From positions 1 to 50,657 of IMG/VR virus record IMGVR_UViG_3300012917_000005: a DNA stretch of 50,657 bases; one strand, given 5' to 3'. Position numbers and translations under genes: made by a program. Shown here piece by piece: positions 30,686 to 38,970 of this stretch. How positions within the stretch are numbered: position 1 is the first letter of the stretch; every line of letters starts with the position of its first letter. Source of the DNA: a virus. Its lineage: Duplodnaviria; Caudoviricetes. The notes below the pieces were generated by a model, which ran no database searches, was not told the DNA's origin, and worked only from the letters and a program-made list of their open reading frames with translations.

Positions 30686-31018
30686 TCATAAACTTAATTT
30701 AGCCTTTTTCATTACTTCATCTGGAACCCATTTACCTAGAAGGTAAGACCATTTCATCTCTAAAGCATTATATATTCTGTGATAACCATCTATGCAACAT
30801 GGACGTTCTTGCCACATGACAACTAATATAGGTCTTAACATATTAGGAGATCTTCTCTCCATATCTGGATCCCAAACAGCTTCTTTAATTAACCATTTTA
30901 AATCATCTAATTTAAATAGAATTGGTTGAAGGTTTTCAGTTTCTTTCCACACAATATCTAAATCGTATTCGATACCATCATGTGTGAAAGTATTAGTTCT
31001 CATAATCCTAACAGCCAT
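30686..31018 (-). CDS. ParB/sulfiredoxin N-terminal-like domain protein
   Basis: PILV...IDGYHR motif. Confidence 0.65.
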   Translation of the reverse strand: MAVRIMRTNTFTHDGIEYDLDIVWKETENLQPILFKLDDLKWLIKEAVWDPDMERRSPNMLRPILVVMWQERPCCIDGYHRIYNALEMKWSYLLGKWVPDEVMKKAKLSL

Positions 31019-31341
31019 TCTTCTGGAATGTTCCCTATGGCGTATTTAAATCCATTCTTCATAGCCCATTTAATCTGTTTCTCTTTATATTCATAAAAGA
31101 CTATTCTTAGATCCATATTAGGATGTTGTTTCTTAACTGCTATTAACTTGCATTTATCCTCTGGTCTTAGATAGCCTTTGTATTCAATGTATATTTTTCC
31201 CAGAGGGGTATATAGTTTAAAATCTATAAGATAGTGTCGAGCTAAGACGTAAGGAATCTTTTCAGTTTCGTATTCAAATGTAATCTTAGCTCGACGTAAC
31301 TGATTGACTATATTCTCTTCAGATTTATTCCTCGTCTTCAT
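31000..31341 (-). CDS. Endonuclease I / Holliday junction resolvase (T7 gp3-like)
   Basis: FEYE.EKIPY, Y..DF, IEYKG, HP.MDLRIVF, WA.KNGF and IPEEWL motifs. Confidence 0.85.
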   Translation of the reverse strand: MKTRNKSEENIVNQLRRAKITFEYETEKIPYVLARHYLIDFKLYTPLGKIYIEYKGYLRPEDKCKLIAVKKQHPNMDLRIVFYEYKEKQIKWAMKNGFKYAIGNIPEEWLLGL

Positions 31342-31439
31342 CGTTTAAATATTTACAATCTCTAATAGGTTTCTCACATTCACACCAACCATTTAATAAT
31401 TTACAGTCAGAAGGTTGGCTGTTAACGTTGAATAAGAAA

Positions 31440-32297
31440 TCAGTGTATGATTTGTCCAGTTCTGTTAATCTCGATGACATCAGGTTTCCTTTCTACGTGA
31501 CTAAGGTATCTTGGTCCATCTGAGTAGAGGAAAGTTCGTAGTCTTGGGAAGCAACAGTGTTTGTACTGACTGTAGCTAGCTTTAACATCGAGTTTATAAT
31601 TGCCTGACTTTCCCTCAGGTAATACTCTACATGTACAAGCTGGCGCTCTGCTAAGTCCAACTGTTTCTTTGCACGATCTAATCCTTTGATGGATATGCTC
31701 TTTTCTAAATGAATGTTCATATAGTACCATATGTCCTAGTTGTTTGTCAATAGCTAATATGTATGCAGTGTCTTTTACCAGTACCAGATCGTCGTTAATA
31801 CTAGCGCCCATATAAGCGTCAAGTTGAGATAGATAGCCCCAATCGTCAATCGTGCTTTGATCTTTCCTTTTGAATTTGTCCATCCCACGGCTAGAGGAAG
31901 ATTTAACATCAACAATGTAGCCGTCGATAATGCAGTCTCTATGACCGCAGATATCATCGAGAACAAGTTCATCCTGCTCTCCCGTAACTGTATGTCCTGA
32001 AGCTTTGGCTAGAGTTATAGCTTGAGCCTCTATTATATGCCCAAAGGAGTATTTGAATTCTGCCCATGGTGGTAGAGGCTCGGCTAACTCTGGTGTATGT
32101 ATCGAATGCCATAAAGCTTTAGGACAGACAGGTCCTAGTTTAGACATTCTTAAAGATGGTCTATAGATATCGTTATATTGAGATTGTAATCTTTTGGTTA
32201 TGTTATTGGACAAATCCAGGGCTAGTTCATCCGTGAACCAGCCTCTGGTCGTCAATAGATGTTGTATATCGGTAACCAGAGTATCGATGTTTTTCAA
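31440..32297 (-). CDS. PD-(D/E)XK (Cas4-like) exonuclease
   Basis: GHIIE, GHRD..IDG.IVDVKS and GYLSQL.AY motifs. Confidence 0.8.
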   Translation of the reverse strand: MKNIDTLVTDIQHLLTTRGWFTDELALDLSNNITKRLQSQYNDIYRPSLRMSKLGPVCPKALWHSIHTPELAEPLPPWAEFKYSFGHIIEAQAITLAKASGHTVTGEQDELVLDDICGHRDCIIDGYIVDVKSSSSRGMDKFKRKDQSTIDDWGYLSQLDAYMGASINDDLVLVKDTAYILAIDKQLGHMVLYEHSFRKEHIHQRIRSCKETVGLSRAPACTCRVLPEGKSGNYKLDVKASYSQYKHCCFPRLRTFLYSDGPRYLSHVERKPDVIEINRTGQIIH

Positions 32298-32555
32298 TTA
32301 TATTTGTATTCCTTTTATGTAGTGAAATAAGAGTAGGTATAATGCTAATTGACCTAAACCTGCTATTGGTGCAAATGCAGACATGACTACAAATGTCTGT
32401 GCTATTTCCAACCATTTATCCTTCTTCTTAGATGGTTCTGGTTTCTTGGCAGAATCTTTTATTTCCTTTTCAACAGTCTTCCAAAAGTCTATTGTTTCTT
32501 TCATCTGTTGAAGAGGACTTTGTTGAGGACCGAAAGGACTTCCGTATCCATACAT
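32298..32555 (-). CDS. Small membrane protein (start revised to MYGYGS)
   Basis: GGAGG RBS; C-terminal hydrophobic segment. Confidence 0.6.
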   Translation of the reverse strand: MYGYGSPFGPQQSPLQQMKETIDFWKTVEKEIKDSAKKPEPSKKKDKWLEIAQTFVVMSAFAPIAGLGQLALYLLLFHYIKGIQI

Positions 32556-32669
32556 TGTATCCTCCATTCTAAATGGATTAACGGGGGGATGTGTCCCCCC
32601 AAACTTAAGGTGGTTGTTTGATTTGTCCAGAGTGCACATCATGTAACACGATTGCATCTCCATTAGTTA

Positions 32670-33680
32670 AAGTCCCGGACATGAGACTCTAGAAGTCTCC
32701 CTACGGTAGACAACCGTCGAGACCTTGGCTCTTGTCGCGTAGGCCGGTATAGCTTTCCAACCTCGTAAGGGGATCGTCTTCCTGGCGATACGCTTCTCTA
32801 CATCGAGAGGTCTGATGTGTTTGTTCCAGGTTTACTCCCACCGAGTAGTTTTATGATGGGCGTTCCGGCTGGTTCGTTTCCCAGTCCCCGGTTATACCAG
32901 TGTACTTAACCACTGCGTCTCTTTAGATCATTCATCTGTTCATCACAGATCGGCGATCTCTGTAGAGTCTTCGATACTGAGACATCATTCCAGATGACAT
33001 TTTCACGCCTAATGGAAGCGCTAGTCAAACAGTCAAGATCAACTCTTCAGAAGAGTGTCTACTTGCTAATGATGTTACTGCTCAGTCTTTTCAGATCAAC
33101 ATCCTTGTTGAATACAGACCACAGGTTGTTCGGTCTTACAACATCTCTGGAGTTGCAATCCAGCGCATCCGATCACATGGTACTCGCTCTAAACCAATTC
33201 CGAGTTCGACACTTATCTGGTGTCCTCATGAGCGTACCGTTGCTTGTCTGCCACCGTGGCCATATCAAGGTTTAGATCTTACTTGTCCTAATACTAGATC
33301 GTACTTTCACTCAAGAAGGATTTGAACCTTCTATTTATACCAGTTAAGTCTGAGTTACTGTAAGGAGCTACACATCTCCTTAGGATACTAATATTAGTCC
33401 TGCTTATGCTTCTCTGTCAGTTAGACAGTGACTACGGTATCTCCACTAGTCCTTTGCCGTCTCACAGTTTGGACCCTGTGTTCTAGACTAAGCTGACTGA
33501 TCACGTCTGTCACCGGAGGTCTAGATTTGGATACGGTTCAGTCCTACTTCCTTATATTTTAACCTCCATGTAAGGATACACGGGCCTACTTAGCGCTCTC
33601 CTACTGTATAGCCCTCAAAAGCTAGTACGTTACTCACGTAAACGAACCGTGCCTTCCGTACATTTGTTTACAGGAGCGCT
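32670..33680 (-). ncRNA. Putative ~1 kb highly structured non-coding RNA
   Basis: No credible ORF; about 20 stems seen by eye; most G-U pairs favour the - strand; embedded T-arm GAAGGTTCAAATCCTTC. Confidence 0.75.
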
Positions 33681-33697
33681 TATCGAGAGAGAGGTCA

Positions 33698-34006
33698 TCA
33701 CTCCTCTGTTGGTCTCTTCCAAGGAAGAGCTGTGGATGTTTCTCCACTACTCTCGGATCTGTCTGCTGGCCACTCTCTGCCAGTATTATCTGAAGCTCGT
33801 TCGATTGGAGATCTTCTTGAGATCGGAGGACTTGCTTTCTCGACAATCTCAACAACCTCACAGATTGCACATTTCGAAGTAGTTGTATCGTTTAATTGTT
33901 TGGTAGCATATTCAATTGCCTCAGACAGTGTTGCTTTGCAACCAGGAGGTAAACCATTTTTTGATACATGTTTGATAACAACCACAGCATAGAATTTCTC
34001 GTTCAT
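33698..34006 (-). CDS. Hypothetical protein
   Basis: 102-aa ORF with AAGGTG RBS. Confidence 0.65.
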   Translation of the reverse strand: MNEKFYAVVVIKHVSKNGLPPGCKATLSEAIEYATKQLNDTTTSKCAICEVVEIVEKASPPISRRSPIERASDNTGREWPADRSESSGETSTALPWKRPTEE

Positions 34007-34120
34007 AGATCACCTTTGGGTATGACGTATTTATTACGTCTGTTAGTTCGTTTGATCGTAAGATCTAAGAAATGATATTTAGTCTTCCATCTATTTTCAT
34101 AGATACCTGGATGTTTAATC

Positions 34121-34306
34121 TCACATGCTGTGGAAACCATCTAATCTATCCTTTCTCCGTTGAGCATAGAACTCTTGTAAATTAGCATATTCAAGTCTAC
34201 GTTGAATATTTAATTTAGTTTGACGTTCAAATACTCTTTGAAGCTGAGTCCTTGGTAAAGGACCATCAGATTTCTTTATCTTATGTTTAATGGGAGGTCT
34301 TTTCAT
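34121..34306 (-). CDS. Small basic hypothetical protein
   Basis: AAGGAGGA RBS. Confidence 0.65.
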   Translation of the reverse strand: MKRPPIKHKIKKSDGPLPRTQLQRVFERQTKLNIQRRLEYANLQEFYAQRRKDRLDGFHSM

Positions 34307-34369
34307 ATTATCCTCCTTAGTAGGAATAGGGAACTCCCACGGAGATAAGAGTTCCCTTTCCTTCGTTAT

Positions 34370-34648
34370 TTAGGCAGCTAACTCAACCGAAGTGTTCTCA
34401 GTTGTGGTAGCCGGAATGTTATCATTCGCAACAACCAAGTCGGTAACCAACATGTCTGTCGGAAACGGAAAGGAGACTACCTTAGTCGCCTCTAGAACGA
34501 AGACATCGCTACGATGCTTAGAAGAATGCTTCTTAGCAGATTCTACGACTGCATCTAATGTCTTCCAACCATTCAGGTCATCGGTGACCTTTTCACCACC
34601 ACGGATATAACCATAGCTAGGATCGTAAGCTAACCAGAACTTATTCAT
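34370..34648 (-). CDS. Hypothetical protein
   Basis: GGAG RBS; followed by a hairpin. Confidence 0.7.
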   Translation of the reverse strand: MNKFWLAYDPSYGYIRGGEKVTDDLNGWKTLDAVVESAKKHSSKHRSDVFVLEATKVVSFPFPTDMLVTDLVVANDNIPATTTENTSVELAA

Positions 34649-34657
34649 CTTTAACTC

Positions 34658-35173
34658 CTAGAATAAAGGGTTATCAGCAGGCACCTTATTGAAGCCTCTG
34701 ATTTCCTTAGGGTCTCTCATATTATCCGATATCTTCGGATCGTAAGGGACTAATTTATCCACTCTAACAGAAACTAGTCTAGCTGCTGTTCCTCCCATCT
34801 TATTACCAGGAGGATTGTAACTATATGTCTCTAATTTAATAGTAACTTCAGAACCGTTACCTACGCCAGTACTTATCGGTAGATTGTTTTCGTCAAGTAT
34901 CATAGGTGCAGCATATAATCTACGTACACCTTTTACCATCTTCTCTGAAGGACAAGAGAAAGACATACTATCTCCATCTTCATCTCGTCTTAGTCTATTC
35001 TTAATACCTTCATATTGTTTTCCGTTTACAGTCTTAATCTCTTTCAATTTCTTAATCTTATTTAAAGACTCTTCATTAGGATAAAGTACCATAGCATACT
35101 TACCGTACATGTCTGGTACAGATACCCTAACCCATTTAGCTTTACCCTGTAGGTAAACGTTATCCGTAGCCAT
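34658..35173 (-). CDS. Single-stranded DNA-binding protein (T7 gp2.5-like)
   Basis: GKAKW, P.ILD...VGNGSEV..K and RL.SVRV..LV.Y motifs; C-terminal F. Confidence 0.75.
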   Translation of the reverse strand: MATDNVYLQGKAKWVRVSVPDMYGKYAMVLYPNEESLNKIKKLKEIKTVNGKQYEGIKNRLRRDEDGDSMSFSCPSEKMVKGVRRLYAAPMILDENNLPISTGVGNGSEVTIKLETYSYNPPGNKMGGTAARLVSVRVDKLVPYDPKISDNMRDPKEIRGFNKVPADNPLF

Positions 35174-35334
35174 TAGATAAGTTCTACTCTGACTACGGAT
35201 GCATCTAAAGCCTCTGGATTATTTTCATCAAATTGTTCTAAAGCAAATATCCTTGCTTCTGCTTCTGTCTTAGCATCTACATCTACTTCAGCAAACATAG
35301 GTACTTCATATTCAATATGTACTCTGTACTTCAT
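35173..35334 (-). CDS. Small acidic hypothetical protein, 53 aa
   Basis: Manual translation MKYRVHIEYEVPMFAEVDVDA...; AGGAG RBS; coupled to SSB. Confidence 0.6.
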   Translation of the reverse strand: MKYRVHIEYEVPMFAEVDVDAKTEAEARIFALEQFDENNPEALDASVVRVELI

Positions 35335-35482
35335 TATTTATTCTCCTGAATAAAGTTCCAAATATCTAATGCTTCTTTTTTAGCATCGTCTAAAGAAATC
35401 TTATCTACTCTTTGAGTTATGTAATCTATTAGATAGAATTCTTTCTTAAGTAAACGTCTACCCCAAAAGTCGTAATGATACA

Positions 35483-37474
35483 TTAATGTGTTACCTTCCA
35501 ATTTGTTCCTATTGTTTCTTTACCATCATTCATATAACTACCTGCTAGAGGACACTTAAGTCCGAACATTTCACCTACCTCTCTCAGCGAATCTGATGCT
35601 GTTTCAGCCATCCAACGAGCTTCTTCTAGATCATTGGATGGCATTTCTATTTGCCATTCATCATGGACTAAATTAACTAGGATCGGTTTATCAGACCGGA
35701 TAAATAATTCAGCAGAAGGATAATAGCCACCGCGAATATTACTTTCGATACTCCTTGCCACATCATTAGGGAGTGGTATGTGTCCATATCTCTTCTCCAT
35801 CTTCTCTAACCACAGAATTGTGGCATGTTTCATTACTACAGATTCACCGTTCTGAAGATAGCCAGACATTGCAAGATGCTTGCGTTCACTAAACGTATCT
35901 CCAGGTATCTTAACTCGTCTTCCATCAAGCCCAAAGAAGTAGCCTCTTTTAGCATCCTTGGGGATAATATATCTTTTAAGGTAAGCGAAGCCTTGGTAGC
36001 GCTGCAACAATCTTTCAAGAGCTTCTTCCGTTTCTCTCGCGGAACTCCCAAGGACTTCAGACAGTTTTCCAATGCCTGCTCCGAGCAACAAGGCGTAGAT
36101 GAACCGCTTAGCGGCGGCACGAGATTTACAAACAGGACCGAGTATTCGTTGATTGAGCGAATGAGGGTCCGTTTTTGTTTCTTTACTACCTTTGACGAGA
36201 GCATCTGTGAACTCCACATCATCTATGTAATGAGCAAATATTCTGAGTTGAATGCCTTCCGCGTCAACGCCAACGAGAAGCTTACCTTTAGGGACTCCGA
36301 AACACGAACGCATCTCCCCACCAAGTAACTTGATCTTACCTTGAGTATCAAGTTCATTGGGAATATTGGCCATATTGGGTCGTTGATGGGCCATCCGATG
36401 CGTCCATGCACCGATAGCAATAAATTTACCGTGGATCCTATTGGTCTGTGGATTATATAAGTCAGACCATTCGGTGAGAGTTCTACGTCTAGCTTCGAAG
36501 AGTATCCTTCTGGCAAGAGTACGAGCTGACTTCGGGGCGGTCTCGGGAAGGGTAGATATATTAGTCTCATTTATCTTCCACCCATATTTATCAAAATCTG
36601 CTTTCATTATTCCTTGTCTGTTGGCTTCGATGTGTGTCTTGGTCTTGTCGCTTGGTCGCCAGCCAGCCTTAGAAAGAACATCCACAATTTGTCTATGTGA
36701 GGATGGATTAAACTCTTGGTAGATACATCTACAAAAAGATCCCCCATTGTATTCCGAAAGATCGTTACTCTGTACCCAGCGGAAGTCTTTTCTATGAAGA
36801 GTCCCATGTTTGGTTAACTCTGGATTAATCTCTCTAATTAAAGTGAGATGCGGAGGAAAGGATTTAAGTATATCTTCATCTAAATTCTTTAATTCTAATG
36901 TTACTTTCTCAAGTAGTTTATTACACTTCTTAATATCAAAATAGAACCCATTACCGTGAAGAGAATTAACAATGATTTGGAACTTGTGTTCACAAGTAAT
37001 AGCATTCCTATACTTAGGATTATCGATGTCACTAAGATAGCTAAGGTAAATACACTCACAGATATCGACGTCTCTAATACAATACGTAACCATTTCTTCA
37101 GTAAGTCTAGACCAATCATTGAATTCTCCTTTAAGTAAGTTAAATTCAATACCATAGTCTTCTATTCCATGTCCTTTGCGCGAATAGTTACATAACTTAG
37201 AAATAATAAGGGTATCAATAATATTGATAACATCAATGCAATCATAAAACTGAATAAGATTACACAAGACAGGGTAATCATAACCAAGAATGTTGTGACC
37301 GACCAATCTTTTACATTTTTTAACCAAGGCTTTAAACTTCTCCACTTCTGTTTGATCTTCGTGGAGATTTCTAAATACATAATATTCTCCCGTAGCTATG
37401 TCTTTTAGAACGACACACCATATCTTGGTTGGATTATCTAATTTATCACATTCAGTATCAATTATTAATTGCAT
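35483..37474 (-). CDS. Family A DNA polymerase with 3'-5' exonuclease (T7 gp5-like)
   Basis: Exo motifs DTE, GHN..GYD and YC.RD; motif A DAEGIQLR; motif B R.AAKRFIY; motif C VHDEWQ. Confidence 0.95.
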   Translation of the reverse strand: MQLIIDTECDKLDNPTKIWCVVLKDIATGEYYVFRNLHEDQTEVEKFKALVKKCKRLVGHNILGYDYPVLCNLIQFYDCIDVINIIDTLIISKLCNYSRKGHGIEDYGIEFNLLKGEFNDWSRLTEEMVTYCIRDVDICECIYLSYLSDIDNPKYRNAITCEHKFQIIVNSLHGNGFYFDIKKCNKLLEKVTLELKNLDEDILKSFPPHLTLIREINPELTKHGTLHRKDFRWVQSNDLSEYNGGSFCRCIYQEFNPSSHRQIVDVLSKAGWRPSDKTKTHIEANRQGIMKADFDKYGWKINETNISTLPETAPKSARTLARRILFEARRRTLTEWSDLYNPQTNRIHGKFIAIGAWTHRMAHQRPNMANIPNELDTQGKIKLLGGEMRSCFGVPKGKLLVGVDAEGIQLRIFAHYIDDVEFTDALVKGSKETKTDPHSLNQRILGPVCKSRAAAKRFIYALLLGAGIGKLSEVLGSSARETEEALERLLQRYQGFAYLKRYIIPKDAKRGYFFGLDGRRVKIPGDTFSERKHLAMSGYLQNGESVVMKHATILWLEKMEKRYGHIPLPNDVARSIESNIRGGYYPSAELFIRSDKPILVNLVHDEWQIEMPSNDLEEARWMAETASDSLREVGEMFGLKCPLAGSYMNDGKETIGTNWKVTH

Positions 37475-37620
37475 ATTGAGATTTTAATTTATTATAATAG
37501 TTACTCTCCTTGTCTATTGCAGACTTAAACTTATTAGAATCTCTATTCTTCATCCACTTAACATCACTAAGTAATTGTCTCATAGTATACCAATCATTTA
37601 AATTAATAGGTCCGATAATG

Positions 37621-37968
37621 TTACTCATCCTTCTCCTCTACTGGTATTTGGATAATCTCATGTAATATAAATCTCTTACAAAAATCTTTAGGGTCTACCC
37701 AACGTATTATCTGTCCTTCATTGACAGCTAGTTTAATTGATTTCTTAGTCTTAACTATAACATGATACTCTAATAAGTCAAGACCTAACTTAGGAGAAGA
37801 AGCTAAGAATATAGTAAATCTCTTCATAGGAGATAGCCAATCTTCTACTTTAGGTTCTCCATTATCAGGGGGTTCTTTACCTCCTGTGACTACTCTTAAA
37901 GATTTACGTCTCTTACGTACTTCCTCTTCCTTATCGAGTCTTTCATCTTCAGTATCAGTTATTGACAA
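37621..37968 (-). CDS. Hypothetical protein
   Basis: TTG start with AAAGGAG RBS. Confidence 0.65.
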   Translation of the reverse strand: MSITDTEDERLDKEEEVRKRRKSLRVVTGGKEPPDNGEPKVEDWLSPMKRFTIFLASSPKLGLDLLEYHVIVKTKKSIKLAVNEGQIIRWVDPKDFCKRFILHEIIQIPVEEKDE

Positions 37969-38256
37969 TGCTTGTCTCCTTTTAGAATGCCTCTAGGACT
38001 GCGTAGGAAGCTCACTGGTGAGTTATTTTACATAGGGTGCTACCCTAGTAGCCAAGAGAAAAAGTCTTCTGTGCGACCTTCCTACGTGCTTGTTATAAAT
38101 AGTGAAACAATTCAGGGGATGGTATTATGCGATACATGTAAGCACATGTTCCTGAAGGTAGACAGACAGATTTAACTGCAACTCCCGTTGCAACAATCAT
38201 AGCACCTGCAATGAAACCTAAGATAAAGGTCATTGTATATAGGAGAAATTTCTTCA

Positions 38257-38970
38257 TCACAGTTTCCAATCTATAGGATCTAACTTATCTTTAGCTAAAT
38301 AGGCATTAACTCTACTAAAGACTCTACTTCCAGAGAATGGATGTTCTCCAGAACAGAAACCTCTAGGACTCGGATGACTTACTTCTATCAAGTCTGAGTA
38401 ATCCTCGTTCACATACTCTGTCAATTCTCTTGCTATACCTCCGCATAGTACGAAGCAGATGCCTTTTTTGTTCAGGCGAGAAATTACCTCTATCGTAAGA
38501 GACCGCCATTCCTGCCAGTGAAGATGTGAGAGTGATAAGAATTGTAGACACGTCGGTATCGCGTTCCACAATAAGACTCCCTGTTCAGCCCATGGCTCTA
38601 GACAACCAGACTTAGGAAAGATAGACCTCTTTCCTTTTTTATCAAAATATTCATAGTGAAGATCGTTATGTAACTCTTTGAAAATATTAACTAATGTAGG
38701 GGGGAATGGATATTCCTTCCTATTTATACAATCCTTAGGAGTACTAAAGGCTAATCCTGTGGCATATTGAGGATTAGGATATGGATCTTGTCCTATGATT
38801 GCTACTTTGACTTGCTCAAACGGAGTAAGATCCAGGCTTGCAAACAGATTAGAACGTCTTGGGCAATAGAATGTACGTTCCACATCAAATCTATCCAATC
38901 TGGTTTGAACATCTTCCCACTCCTTTGATCTCCAAAAGTCTAGATCTTCCCAACTATCTATGTCATTCAC
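38257..38970 (-). CDS. ung: Uracil-DNA glycosylase, family 1
   Basis: GQDPY, A.GLAF, P.L.NI.KE, W..QGVLL.N and HPSP motifs. Confidence 0.92.
   Translation of the reverse strand: MNDIDSWEDLDFWRSKEWEDVQTRLDRFDVERTFYCPRRSNLFASLDLTPFEQVKVAIIGQDPYPNPQYATGLAFSTPKDCINRKEYPFPPTLVNIFKELHNDLHYEYFDKKGKRSIFPKSGCLEPWAEQGVLLWNAIPTCLQFLSLSHLHWQEWRSLTIEVISRLNKKGICFVLCGGIARELTEYVNEDYSDLIEVSHPSPRGFCSGEHPFSGSRVFSRVNAYLAKDKLDPIDWKL

Noticed and set aside
32994-33275. 93-aa + strand ORF inside the putative large RNA
   Set aside because: Antisense to the operon, no clear RBS, and L/S-rich composition that does not look protein-like
32670-33680. tmRNA, RNase P RNA, or group I/II intron identity
   Set aside because: No CCA acceptor end or tag ORF, no GAGGAAAGTCC motif, no complete domain V, and the flanking genes appear uninterrupted
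35825-36328. Antisense ORFs over core genes (also 4203-4433, 7330-7611, 39239-39574, 49149-49532)
   Set aside because: Shadow frames of well-supported genes with no independent evidence
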